DNA of 60,217 nt from the NCBI GenBank assembly GCA_036265975.1, contig DATAOD010000225.1:1-60217 (forward strand), in the 5' to 3' direction. The notes below the pieces were generated by a model. The model made no database searches and was not told the origin of the DNA. It was given only the letters and a program-made list of their open reading frames with translations. Of this stretch, positions 16,808 through 26,275 are shown one piece after another. Both the position numbers and the translations under genes were made by a program. Source of the DNA: Candidatus Limnocylindria bacterium (lineage in GTDB: Bacteria > Chloroflexota > Limnocylindria > QHBO01). Numbering within the stretch: position 1 is the stretch's first letter; each line of letters starts with the position of its first letter.

Positions 16808-17598
16808 GCGGTGCGGGGGATCCGCGCGACGAGGCTGAAGTGACTGCCCGCGTGGGCCTGGCCGCCGGACGTGGGGTCTGGGTGGTCCTGCCCACCTACA
16901 ACGAGCGCGAGAACCTGGAGGCCATCAGCCAGGCCATCCTGGTCGCCCTGCCGGAGGCCGAGCTGCTGGTGGTCGACGATAACTCGCCGGATGGCACAGG
17001 GGTCCTGGCCGATACCCTGGCCGCCCAGGAGCCCCGCCTGCAGGTGCTGCACCGGCAGGCCAAGGAGGGGCTGGGAGCGGCCTATCGACACGCATTTCGC
17101 TGGGCGCTGGGCCAGCCCGGCGTGCGGGCGCTGGTCCAGATGGACGCTGACTTCAGCCACGATCCGAATGACCTGCCGCGCCTGCTCGCCCCGCTCATGC
17201 GGGACGCGGACCTGTCGCTGGGCACCCGCTACATCCGCGGTGGCGGCACGGTCGGCTGGCCGCTGCACCGCCGGCTGATCAGCCGCGCCGGCACGCTGTT
17301 CGCGCGCACCGTGCTCCTGCTGCCGTACCGCGACCTGACGGGCGGCTTCAAGGCATGGCGCCGCGAGCTGCTGGAGGAGATCCGCCTTCGCGACGCGAGC
17401 GCATCGGGCTATGGATTCCAGGTCGAGATGACGTGGTGGGCCCATCGGCGCCGGGCGAAGATCGTGCAGGTTCCCATCATCTTCCGGGAGCGCGTTGCCG
17501 GCCGCTCGAAGATGACGGGTGGGATCGTGCGGGAGGCGCTGCTGCTGGTGATCCGCCTGCGGCTCGGCGCGATCGGCGAGGCGTTCCACCGCCCGTAG
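16804..17598 (+). CDS. polyprenyl/dolichyl-phosphate mannose synthase (GT2, Ppm1/DPM1-like)
   Basis: VVLPTYNERENLE..LLVVDDNSPDGTG..QMDADFSHDP..GTRYIRGGG..SGYGFQVEM. Confidence 0.8.
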   Translation: MSGAGDPRDEAEVTARVGLAAGRGVWVVLPTYNERENLEAISQAILVALPEAELLVVDDNSPDGTGVLADTLAAQEPRLQVLHRQAKEGLGAAYRHAFRWALGQPGVRALVQMDADFSHDPNDLPRLLAPLMRDADLSLGTRYIRGGGTVGWPLHRRLISRAGTLFARTVLLLPYRDLTGGFKAWRRELLEEIRLRDASASGYGFQVEMTWWAHRRRAKIVQVPIIFRERVAGRSKMTGGIVREALLLVIRLRLGAIGEAFHRP

Positions 17599-17698
17599 CG
17601 GAGCCCGCGTCGTGGCGTACGGCAGACCCATCGGCTAGGATGCAGCCTCGCCCAGTGCATTGACGTTGTTGTCTCCGCGTGTCCGAGGCGCTCCGAGC

Positions 17699-19432
17699 AT
17701 GGCATTCCGAAACCGACCGGTCCTTGATCGCAAGCACCGCCCGCGCTGGCAGGACGAGCTCCGCACCCAGCAGCTGCTGGTCGTGGGATTCGCGCTGGCG
17801 ATCGCAGTTGCGGTGGGCATCTTCGCCGCCAATGCGTGGAATGACTTCTACCAGGGCAACCTGAAGCAGTCCGCGGTGGTGGGCAGCGTCTCCGTCCAGC
17901 GCGAGACGATCAACAAGCGGATCAGCATCATGGCCGCCGAGCTGCAGGCCAAGGCCGCCGATCTGTCGAACATTGCTGACGGCGTGAAGGGCAACGCCAT
18001 CCAGCAGCAGCTCCAGGCGCTGCAGCAGGCCTTTCAGCAGGTGAGCGACAGCGGCGCGGACTCTGTCGTGACCGGCGTGACCCTGGCGCAGCGCGCGAGC
18101 GAACTGGGCCTCAGCGCCCCGCCGGCTGCGGTGGACGCCGAGTACGCGAAGCGCACCACCATCCCGGAGCGTCGCGAGCTCTCCCTCATCGTCGCTGCTC
18201 CGACCAAGGACAAGGGTGCCTCGGAGCTCACCGACAAGAACTGGGCCGATGCCAAGAAGCGCATCGACGACCTCAAGGCCCAGCTGGACGCAGGCGGTGA
18301 CTTCGCCGCGCTGGCGCGCGACAAGTCGGACGACCCCAGCAAGTCCAAGGACGGCGTCCTGGGCTGGATCGAGGATGGAGATGCCCAGTACGGCGCCTAC
18401 TACGCCGATGCGGCGAAGGCCGACGTGGGCGCCGTCATCGGGCCCAAGCGCAACGACACCGGCTGGTACCTGCTCAAGGTCCAGGACATCCGGCCCGCCC
18501 ATGCCAACACGACGCTCGCGCAGATCCTGACCAGCAGCGGCGTCACCGATGACGACTACCGCGCCTACGTCCGGGAGCAGGTCCTCCAGGACCAGTTCCG
18601 CGACTACTTCAACAAGAACGTGGTGACCCTGTTCGAGCCGCAGCGCAAGGTCTCGCAGATCAAGGTCGACCTCGACACCAGCGTGGCCGGTCCCAAGGTG
18701 CACATCCGGCACCTGCTGGTTGCTCCGCTGCCAGGCAAGCAGGACCAGAGCAAGGCCACGCCCGCGCAGTGGAAGGCCGCACTGGCGAAGGCGCAGGAGC
18801 TGCGAAGGGAGGCGATCAAGCCGAACGCGAACTGGGACGTGCTGGCACAGCAGTCCGACGACCCGGGGACCAAGGACCGCGGTGGATCGCTGGGCTGGGC
18901 GGACCTCGGCACGCTGGACAAGCAGTTCGTGCCCGAGTTCGCCAACGCGGTGATCCGCCTGGACACCGGAGAGATCAGCAAGCCCGTGAAGTCATCCTTC
19001 GGCTACCACATCATCCAGGTCACCGACCGGCGGACCTCGGCCCAGACCTTTGCCGAGCAGGAGGCAGCCAAGCTGCAGAAGCATCCGGATACGTTCGCCG
19101 ATGAGGCACGCCGCATCAGCGACGACAAGCCGACCGCCGCCGACGGCGGATCGCTGGGCTGGGTGCTGCACTACCAGCTGGACAACGACCTGGACCGCGC
19201 CATCTTCAACCTGCAGAAGCCCGGCGACGTATCCGATGCCGTGGCGACCCGCTCCGGCATCTTCATCTTCAAGCTGGAGGGGACAACCGATCACCGGTAT
19301 GCGACCAAGAAACAGCGAGACACCGTGAAGTCGACCGGCTTCGTGCGGTGGGTGCAGGCGCTCAAGGACGAGGCCGGGATCTGGCTGGACGCGGAGTTCC
19401 TGCCGTCCAACCCGAACACGACCCCCGCCTGA
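17699..19432 (+). CDS. membrane-anchored peptidyl-prolyl isomerase with three parvulin-like domains (SurA/PrsA-like)
   Basis: Start at the ATG (17699); the ORF track's TTG start is at 17660. TM helix LLVVGFALAIAVAVGIFAANAW. Canonical parvulin: VHIRHLLV..GGSLGWADLG..FGYHIIQV. It is flanked by two degenerate copies: LSLIVAA..DGVLGWIEDG..GWYLLKV and GGSLGWVLHY..GIFIFKLE. Confidence 0.8.
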   Translation: MAFRNRPVLDRKHRPRWQDELRTQQLLVVGFALAIAVAVGIFAANAWNDFYQGNLKQSAVVGSVSVQRETINKRISIMAAELQAKAADLSNIADGVKGNAIQQQLQALQQAFQQVSDSGADSVVTGVTLAQRASELGLSAPPAAVDAEYAKRTTIPERRELSLIVAAPTKDKGASELTDKNWADAKKRIDDLKAQLDAGGDFAALARDKSDDPSKSKDGVLGWIEDGDAQYGAYYADAAKADVGAVIGPKRNDTGWYLLKVQDIRPAHANTTLAQILTSSGVTDDDYRAYVREQVLQDQFRDYFNKNVVTLFEPQRKVSQIKVDLDTSVAGPKVHIRHLLVAPLPGKQDQSKATPAQWKAALAKAQELRREAIKPNANWDVLAQQSDDPGTKDRGGSLGWADLGTLDKQFVPEFANAVIRLDTGEISKPVKSSFGYHIIQVTDRRTSAQTFAEQEAAKLQKHPDTFADEARRISDDKPTAADGGSLGWVLHYQLDNDLDRAIFNLQKPGDVSDAVATRSGIFIFKLEGTTDHRYATKKQRDTVKSTGFVRWVQALKDEAGIWLDAEFLPSNPNTTPA

Positions 19433-19437
19433 GGCCC

Positions 19438-20565
19438 ATGGCCGTCCGCCCTGTCGACGACCTGCTCGCGGCGGGCGGCCTCGATCCCGAACGCGGCGTG
19501 CAGCTGGTGGCCGCTGACCACCTGGCGGCGGTCGCGTTCGACCCTTCGCTGCCGCTGCTCATCCTTCGCGCCTCAGCGCCGCCTGCGGACGACGATCCCG
19601 GGTCGCTGCCGGGCCGCCACGCGCGGCACGGTCCACGGGATGTGCTGCTTGCGCTGTACCCGCACTCGCACCCGGTAAAGCCGCTGCCTTCAGGAGCTGC
19701 GCGGGTTTTGGAATCTCTGACCGACGCCGACCTGTCCGGCGGCGATTGGCTCTTGGCACCGCTGCCCCCGCTCGACAACCTGGCCAGCCCGCACGGCATG
19801 GCCGCCATCTCCGCCCGGCTGCGCGCCGAGGATGGCTGTCCCTGGGACCGCCGCCAGACCCACGAGTCGCTGCGGCCGTTCGTGCTGGAGGAGGCCTACG
19901 AGACGGTGGACGCCATCGAGCGCGGCAGTCCAGCTGACCTGGCGGAGGAGCTGGGCGACCTCTTCCTGCAGATCATCCTGCACGCCCAGCTGGCCGCCGA
20001 ATCGGGCGATTTCGACCTGACGGACGTCTACCGCACCCTGGGCGCCAAGATCGTGCGCCGCCATCCGCACGTGTTCGGCGACGTAGAGGTGGCCGATGCG
20101 GCCGAGGTGCTTCGCAATTGGGAGACCATCAAGGCGGGCGAGCGCGCCGAGTCCGGCGCCGCACCGTCGCCCTTTGCCGGCATCGCTCGCGCCCTGCCCG
20201 CCATGCCGGCCAGCCGCGAGATCCAGGAGCGCGCCAGCTCGCTGGGCTGGGATTGGCCGGCGATCGAGGGCGTGTGGGAGAAGGTCTCCGAGGAGCTCAA
20301 GGAGCTGCACGAGGCGGCCGCTGCTGGCGACGAGGCACGGGACGCGCGCCTGCACGAGCTGGGTGACGTCCTGTTCGCCACGGTCAACCTGGCGCGCTGG
20401 CTGAAGCTCGACCCGGAGGAGGCGCTGCGCACGGCGAACCGGCGCTGGATCGAGCGCTACGAGCGCGTCGAGCGCCTGGCCACCGAACGCGGGCAGGTAC
20501 TTGCCGAGCTGTCGCCTGAGGACAAGGACGCGCTCTGGAACGAGGTGAAGGCGGCGCCCGCGTGA
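19438..20565 (+). CDS. mazG: MazG-family nucleoside triphosphate pyrophosphohydrolase with YabN-like N-terminal region
   Basis: Start at the ATG (19438), just after the PPIase stop. GCPWDRRQTHESLRPFVLEEAYETVDAI..ELGDLFLQIILHAQLA, plus a second MazG repeat EELKELHEA..ELGDVLFATVNLARWL. Confidence 0.85.
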   Translation: MAVRPVDDLLAAGGLDPERGVQLVAADHLAAVAFDPSLPLLILRASAPPADDDPGSLPGRHARHGPRDVLLALYPHSHPVKPLPSGAARVLESLTDADLSGGDWLLAPLPPLDNLASPHGMAAISARLRAEDGCPWDRRQTHESLRPFVLEEAYETVDAIERGSPADLAEELGDLFLQIILHAQLAAESGDFDLTDVYRTLGAKIVRRHPHVFGDVEVADAAEVLRNWETIKAGERAESGAAPSPFAGIARALPAMPASREIQERASSLGWDWPAIEGVWEKVSEELKELHEAAAAGDEARDARLHELGDVLFATVNLARWLKLDPEEALRTANRRWIERYERVERLATERGQVLAELSPEDKDALWNEVKAAPA

Positions 20566-21743
20566 GCCGCATCGCCATCGTGGTCCACGCGGTCTATCCC
20601 GGCGATCCCCGAATTCGCCGCCAGACCGACGTGCTGCTCATCGCGGGCCACGAGGTGGACGTCTTCTGCCTGCGCGGTCCCGGCGAGGCCGCCGAGGAGA
20701 CAGAAGGCCCGATGCGCATCGTCAGGCTGCCGGTCAACCGGGTCTTCGGGAGCTTCGCCGGCCACCTGGCCGAGTACCTGGCCTTCGCCGGCGTGGCGAC
20801 CGTGCGGCTGGCTGCCGAGCACCGGCGGCGACGCTATCGGCTCATCCAGGTCGCGACGGTGCCGGACTTCCTGGCCTTCGCCGCCGCGCCCATCCATCTG
20901 GCCGGCGTCCCGCTCCTGCTGGATCTGCACGAGGACATGCCCGAGTTCTTCCGGGACCGGTTCGCCTCGCCGTGGCTGCGACCCCTGCTCCCCGCCGTGA
21001 CCGCCTCGACACGCGCTGCCGCCGCGTTCGTTACCGAGCTGATCACCGTCCACGAGCCGCTCCGCGAGCTGTCCATCGCCCGCGGCGTGCCGCCCGACAA
21101 GATCAGCGTGGTGATGAACTCCGCCGATACCCGCCTCTTCGACGCCGCCCGTCATCCTCGCCGGCCGTTCATGGAAGATGGCGAGCTGCGGCTCATCCAT
21201 CACTCGAACCTGCAGCGCATCTACGGGCTGGACCTGGCTGTCGAGGCAGTGGCCCGACTTGACCCGATGGCGCTGCCGCACCGGCTGGACGTCTACGGCG
21301 ACGGTCCCTTCCGGCCCGATGTCGAAGCCGCCATCGACCGCACCGGCACTGCTAATCGCGTGCACCTCCACGGTCGCGTGCCCATGGACGAGCTGCCCGG
21401 CCTGCTGGCGAGCAGCGACATCGGCCTGGTGCCCTCGCGGCCGGAGCCCTACCTGCAGTACTCGCTGAGCACCAAGCTGCTCGAGTACGCCGCCATGGGC
21501 GTGCCGATCATCGCCACCGACCTCGCCACCTTCCGCGCGCACTTCACGGACGCTGCCGTGCGCTATCTTCCCGGCGGAGACCCGGCCGCCCTGGCCGATG
21601 CCATCCGCGTGGTGGCGGCTGATCCGGACGCTGCTGCCCGCCTTGGCGCGGAGGCGCAGCGCCAGGCCGCCGCGTACGACTGGGTGCAGCAAGGTCGGCA
21701 CTACCTCGAGGTGGTCGAGCGGCTGATCGCCGGCACACGGTAG
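20562..21743 (+). CDS. glycosyltransferase, GT-B fold (GT4 family)
   Basis: RIAIVVHAVYPGDPRIRRQ..YGDGPFRP..STKLLEYAAMGVPIIATD (E-x7-E-type C-terminal half). Confidence 0.8.
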   Translation: MSRIAIVVHAVYPGDPRIRRQTDVLLIAGHEVDVFCLRGPGEAAEETEGPMRIVRLPVNRVFGSFAGHLAEYLAFAGVATVRLAAEHRRRRYRLIQVATVPDFLAFAAAPIHLAGVPLLLDLHEDMPEFFRDRFASPWLRPLLPAVTASTRAAAAFVTELITVHEPLRELSIARGVPPDKISVVMNSADTRLFDAARHPRRPFMEDGELRLIHHSNLQRIYGLDLAVEAVARLDPMALPHRLDVYGDGPFRPDVEAAIDRTGTANRVHLHGRVPMDELPGLLASSDIGLVPSRPEPYLQYSLSTKLLEYAAMGVPIIATDLATFRAHFTDAAVRYLPGGDPAALADAIRVVAADPDAAARLGAEAQRQAAAYDWVQQGRHYLEVVERLIAGTR

Positions 21744-21761
21744 GATCTGGGCACGAAACGG

Positions 21762-21838
21762 CGGGGCGTAGCGCAGCCTGGTAGCGCACCTGCTTTGGGA
21801 GCAGGAGGTCGCCCGTTCGAATCGGGCCGCCCCGACCA
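21762..21838 (+). tRNA. tRNA-Pro (anticodon TGG)
   Basis: Cloverleaf read by hand. Acceptor cggggcg/cgccccg. D arm gcgc-agcctggta-gcgc. Anticodon arm cctgc-ttTGGga-gcagg. Variable loop aggtc. T arm gcccg-ttcgaat-cgggc. Discriminator A, then an encoded CCA. Confidence 0.9.
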
Positions 21839-21923
21839 CCGTTCTTCCGCGTGCCGCATCCTGTGAGGAACCGATGACCTCGAGCTGGCCGAGGCCCGCC
21901 CCGCTCACCCGGCGCGACTGCCG

Positions 21924-22886
21924 ATGACCTCCGCAACCGCATTCATCGTCGCCTTCGTGGCGGCCATCCTGATGACGCCCGTGGTGCGCGGCGTGGCACA
22001 CAACGCCGGTCTGCTGGACCTGCCCAGCCCGCGCAAGGTGCACCAGGTCCCGGTGCCGCGGCTCGGCGGCTTCGCCATCGCCACGGCGTTCTACCTGGGC
22101 ATGACGCTCGCCCTGGTGGTGGCTCGCGCGGTCATCGGCCGCCGGTTGAGCGTGGAGACCGGGCACCTGCCCGCGATCCTGGCCGGCGTGGCCCTGATCG
22201 CCGGGGTCGGGATGATGGACGACCTGCAGAGCATGCGAGCCCGGGTGAAGCTGGCGGCGCAGGTCGTGATCGCCCTGGTCGCCTACGGGCTGGGCCTCTC
22301 CATCGACCGGCTGGACGGCCCGTGGGGCAGCATCGCCCTGGGAGCCTGGTCGTTGCCGCTGACCGTGCTGTGGATCGTGGGCGTGATCAACGCGCTGAAC
22401 CTGATCGACGGCCTGGACGGGCTGGCGGCCGGGGTGGGGCTGATCGGGATTGCGGCCTTCTTCGCCATCGGCCTCATCCACGGCAACGCCGATCCGATCC
22501 TGCCGGTGCTGGCCGCGGCTGCCGGCGGCATCCTGGGCTTCCTGCGCTTCAACCTGCCCCCATCCTCGATCATCATGGGCGACTCGGGCTCCATGCTGCT
22601 CGGCTTCGTGCTGGCCGCCGTGGCCATCAGCCTCACCCAGGCGGGCGTGCACGGCATGCCGCCCTGGGTGCCGCTCTTCGTCCTGGCGCTTCCACTGGCC
22701 GATACGGGCCGCGTCATCGTCCTGCGCCTGGTATCGGGCCATCCGATCTTCCTGCCCGATCGACGCCACGTGCACCATCGCTTGCTGGCGATGGGCATGT
22801 CGGAGCGCGGCGTGGTGCTGGTGCTGTGGATCGTGTCGGCGCTGCTGGCCGCGGTGGGCGTGGCGCTGGCGGCGAGCAGCCGCTGA
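21924..22886 (+). CDS. wecA: polyprenyl-phosphate GlcNAc-1-phosphate transferase (MraY/WecA/TagO family)
   Basis: LDLPSPRKVHQVPVPRLGGFAI..MMDDL..NALNLIDGLDGLAAG..MGDSGSMLLGF. Multi-TM protein. Confidence 0.85.
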   Translation: MTSATAFIVAFVAAILMTPVVRGVAHNAGLLDLPSPRKVHQVPVPRLGGFAIATAFYLGMTLALVVARAVIGRRLSVETGHLPAILAGVALIAGVGMMDDLQSMRARVKLAAQVVIALVAYGLGLSIDRLDGPWGSIALGAWSLPLTVLWIVGVINALNLIDGLDGLAAGVGLIGIAAFFAIGLIHGNADPILPVLAAAAGGILGFLRFNLPPSSIIMGDSGSMLLGFVLAAVAISLTQAGVHGMPPWVPLFVLALPLADTGRVIVLRLVSGHPIFLPDRRHVHHRLLAMGMSERGVVLVLWIVSALLAAVGVALAASSR

Positions 22887-22902
22887 CGCATCGGCTCGAG
22901 GC

Positions 22903-24402
22903 TCAGGAAGGCGGTCCGTCCGCGTTGCTGGCGAGGTACCAGCCCTGCAGCTGGTCGGTGCCGAACAGCCGGCGCATCTGCCTGCGGATGTCCTTGCGGC
23001 GCGGGGTGAGCACGTAGTTCACGGTCGGGTCGGCCGGCGGATCGACGAAACGGGGCAGTCCCAGCACCACCCGCTTGATGTCGGGACCGGCGATCAGCGG
23101 CACCAGCGACGCGAGGTCGCCCGCCCTGTCCCGCGCGAAGTCGGTGTGCACGGTTGCGCCGATCGCGCGCAGCGCCTTCGGCAGCTTGAACACCACGTCC
23201 ATGTCGGCGAACCTGCGCCGGAGCTCCAGCAGGACCTGCTGCTGGCGATCGGCGCGCATGAAGTCATCCAGCTGCTGGACCGTTCCATCGGGCAGGGTCA
23301 GCGTCCCCTTGCGTGCGCGCGCGTAGGCGAGGGCATAGCGGCCCTGGTAGTAGTGGCAGCCCGCCTGCAGGATCACGCCGCGCTTGCGGCTGAGCCAGGT
23401 GTCGCCCGGGCCCTGGTAGGTGGGGTCATTGAGCGTGCCGTCCAGGCAAAGTTGCAGCGGTCCGACGGCATCGATCAGGTTGGTGAAGCCCTCGAGGTCG
23501 ACGGTGGCGTAGTACTGGATCTCGATGCCCAGGTAGAGGCCGATTGTCCGTTCCAGCGTGCGCAGGCCGCACGAGGTCGCCTCCTCGACCGGAAGGTCGG
23601 GGCACCACACGGCGGGGTTCGCGCTGGCATCGGTGGAGAGCTGGTTGATCTTGCGCGGATACAGCCCGTCGGCGTAGACGCTGCGGTCGGGGAGCGGCGT
23701 CATGGCGGTGTCGCGCGGGACGGAGATCATGACCGCGGTGTGGCTCACCGGGTCGACGCTCACGGCCAGGATCGTGTCCGTCAGCGCCTCGTTGCGGCCC
23801 GGTCCCGAGTCGATGCCCAGCAAGAGGAAGTTGATGCGATCCGTGCCGTCCCACGAGTAGGTGGGCCGGTTCAGCGGGCCGCCATTGCCGGTGCCGTTGC
23901 CGTTCGGATCGTTGTGCTGGCCGCCGAACACGTCCCCGAGAGTCGAGTTCAGCTCCTCGATGATGAGGCCCGCCCAGGCGTGCATGCCGACCGTCGCCAC
24001 CAGCAGCACCGCGACCAGGGCCAGCGTTCCGGCCCGACGCGCGCCCGGCACTGTACGAGACTCCGCGACGGCGCCGGCCGGCGTGGCCATCGGCGGACGG
24101 CCGGAGGCGATGGTGGGCTGCGAGGTGAGCCCTGCCTGGGCGATGGCGAACAGGCGCCAGACCAGCAGCGCGACGTCCAGCGCGATGAGCGCCGTCAGGA
24201 ACGAAGCGCTCAGGAGCGCGTTGAGCGCCTGCCGCCCGTCCACGAAGGCGAGGCCAACGCCCAGGATGATGAGCACCAGCACCGGAACGGCGAGCACCAG
24301 GGCGAGTCTTCGATTGCCGGCGTAGGCCTGGCCCAGGCCCGGGAACAGGAACGACAGGAAGGCCGCCAGCGCAGGGTGACGCGAGCTCTGGTCTTCGTTC
24401 AT
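22903..24402 (-). CDS. LCP (LytR-CpsA-Psr) family glycopolymer-peptidoglycan ligase
   Basis: N-terminal TM segments, then INFLLLGIDSGPGRNEALTDTILAVSVDPVSHTAVMISVPRDT..INQL and a downstream LCP core. Confidence 0.85.
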   Translation of the reverse strand: MNEDQSSRHPALAAFLSFLFPGLGQAYAGNRRLALVLAVPVLVLIILGVGLAFVDGRQALNALLSASFLTALIALDVALLVWRLFAIAQAGLTSQPTIASGRPPMATPAGAVAESRTVPGARRAGTLALVAVLLVATVGMHAWAGLIIEELNSTLGDVFGGQHNDPNGNGTGNGGPLNRPTYSWDGTDRINFLLLGIDSGPGRNEALTDTILAVSVDPVSHTAVMISVPRDTAMTPLPDRSVYADGLYPRKINQLSTDASANPAVWCPDLPVEEATSCGLRTLERTIGLYLGIEIQYYATVDLEGFTNLIDAVGPLQLCLDGTLNDPTYQGPGDTWLSRKRGVILQAGCHYYQGRYALAYARARKGTLTLPDGTVQQLDDFMRADRQQQVLLELRRRFADMDVVFKLPKALRAIGATVHTDFARDRAGDLASLVPLIAGPDIKRVVLGLPRFVDPPADPTVNYVLTPRRKDIRRQMRRLFGTDQLQGWYLASNADGPPS

Positions 24403-24679
24403 TGATACACACGCACAGGGGCCGCTCGGCTGGGACGCGCCGCGCAGCAGTCTCGATCAAACGGGCGGGCACGGCAGTCTACCACTCGATGCTCGCTCGG
24501 CCAGTGAGCGTACCCGGGTCATGTTTGTGGTGACGGCGCGCGCCGGCCGTGGGTACTACGGATGGGTCCGGTGCGGTGGTACCTTTGCGACCCCCTGATG
24601 GGACCCTTAGACTAAACCGCAGGTCGTCGAAGACCAGCTGCCAGCACCCAGGTGCCCATCCACCCTTCTGCAGGACGAC

Positions 24680-26272
24680 GTGCCGCCAGAGCTCATCTTC
24701 CTTCTCGTCAGTGCCGCGGTAGCCGTCCTGTTGGGGGCCGGTGCAGTGCTGGCGACCGTGCGCGGACAGCGACGCGCAGCGGCCGCCGAGAACGAGCTCC
24801 GCCTACCGGAGCCCGCCCCCCAGCCGGACAAGTACGACCCGGGCTCCGAGGACATCGAACGACGCAGCGCCTCGGGCTACGCCACCGCCGTGCGCGTGCT
24901 GTGGTGGGTCTCGATCGCCGGCGTGCTCATTGGCGTCGGGCTGTCGAACACGTACGACTCGACGCAGGCCGGGATCTATGCCGTCGGCGCGGTCGCGGTG
25001 GTTGCCGCGGTCCTGCTGCACGACCTGCTGCCGGTCCGATTCCGCAGCCGGCCGGTCGTCGCGCTGGAGGTCCTGCTGGCCATCGGCCTCATCACCGCCC
25101 TCGCCGCGTTGACCGACTACGGCAACTCGCCCTTCCTGTTCGGCTACGACCTGGTGGCCGTGGCCGTCGCGCTGGCCCTTAACGGACCAATGGCGATGGT
25201 CGTGGCCATGGTGGCCACGCTCGCCTTCCTGGGCGTGCTGCTGATCGATCCGGCGCTGTCGTCGTATGGACCCCCGGCGTTCCTGCGCTTCGGCCTCCAG
25301 ATCGGCTCGATCTGGTTGCTGGCCTATGTGGCCGGCGTGTTCGCGTCTGGGGAGCGGCGGATGCGGGCCAGCGTGCTGCAGATGTCGCGCACCGACACGC
25401 TGACCGGCCTCTACAACCGCAGCCAGCTGTTCCCGACCCTGGAGGAGGAGGTCCAGCGCACGCGCCGCAGCGCGCGCGGCTTCTGCCTGCTGATGATCGA
25501 CCTGGACGGCCTGAAGGGCGTCAACGACACCTACGGCCACCATCGCGGCGACGAGGTGCTGCGGGAGCTCGGCAACGTCTTCCGCCACTCCATCCGGCTG
25601 GTCGACACCGCCTATCGCTACGCCGGCGACGAGTTCCTGGTGCTCCTGCCGGAGACCGACTTTGCCGGCGCCTTCGTGGTGGCGGAGAAGATTCGCCTGG
25701 GCGCCGAGGAGATCGGCCTGGCCGCCGGCGGGGGTGAGATGCTCACCAGCGTCAGCATCGGCCTCGTGTCCTGCCCCGAGGACGGCAACAGCGCCGAGGA
25801 GCTGATGATCGCGGCCGATCGGGCCATGTACCAGGCCAAGTCGCTGGGGAAGAACCAGGTGAGCGGCAACCCGCGCCCGCGGCGCCTGGCCTACACCCCC
25901 GACCATGGCCCCGACACGCCGGTGGCCCGCCAGCCAAGCCCCGCGCTGGTGGCGGATGAACTGCCCGCTCCGCCCCCAGCAGAACGGGCGGTGTTCAGCG
26001 TCGAGCCCGAGCCCCTTCCGCAGGCGCCCATCCCGATGGGGCCCATCGTGGAGGAGCCAGTGCCCGCGCCACAGCCCGGGGTGGCGGTCGCTGCCGCATC
26101 GGCAGCCGCAGCATCGGCAGCCGCTGACGCACCCGAGGAGGATGAGGCCGATCCGAGCGAGGTCCGCCGCCAGATCGCTGCTGCGCGGCGCAACATGGAC
26201 CCGGATCACCAGATCCGGCGGGCCATGGATGCGTTCCTCTCGCCGACTCGACCGAACGACCCGCCGAACTAG
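24680..26272 (+). CDS. membrane diguanylate cyclase (GGDEF domain; A-site reads AGDEF, RxxD I-site present) with Pro/Ala-rich tail
   Basis: About 6 TM helices, then DTLTGLYNRSQL..LLMIDLDGLKGVNDTYGHHRGDEVL..IRLVDTAYRYAGDEFLVLL. AGDEF lies at 25622..25636 and RLVD at 25595..25606. Confidence 0.85.
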   Translation: MPPELIFLLVSAAVAVLLGAGAVLATVRGQRRAAAAENELRLPEPAPQPDKYDPGSEDIERRSASGYATAVRVLWWVSIAGVLIGVGLSNTYDSTQAGIYAVGAVAVVAAVLLHDLLPVRFRSRPVVALEVLLAIGLITALAALTDYGNSPFLFGYDLVAVAVALALNGPMAMVVAMVATLAFLGVLLIDPALSSYGPPAFLRFGLQIGSIWLLAYVAGVFASGERRMRASVLQMSRTDTLTGLYNRSQLFPTLEEEVQRTRRSARGFCLLMIDLDGLKGVNDTYGHHRGDEVLRELGNVFRHSIRLVDTAYRYAGDEFLVLLPETDFAGAFVVAEKIRLGAEEIGLAAGGGEMLTSVSIGLVSCPEDGNSAEELMIAADRAMYQAKSLGKNQVSGNPRPRRLAYTPDHGPDTPVARQPSPALVADELPAPPPAERAVFSVEPEPLPQAPIPMGPIVEEPVPAPQPGVAVAAASAAAASAAADAPEEDEADPSEVRRQIAAARRNMDPDHQIRRAMDAFLSPTRPNDPPN

Positions 26273-26275
26273 CGC

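Noticed and set aside
21762-21923. tRNA-Pro as an integration site of a genomic island carrying the downstream glycan genes.
   Set aside because: No integrase, recombinase or transposase is present anywhere in the window. I did not spot a direct repeat of the tRNA 3' end, although a by-eye search over 60 kb is not exhaustive. There is no visible compositional shift on either side.
24403-24679. The 277-nt LCP/GGDEF divergent region as a carrier of a small RNA or c-di-GMP riboswitch.
   Set aside because: I could not recognise any conserved riboswitch core or strong secondary structure. There is only a loose direct repeat, GATGGGTCC ... GATGGGACC.
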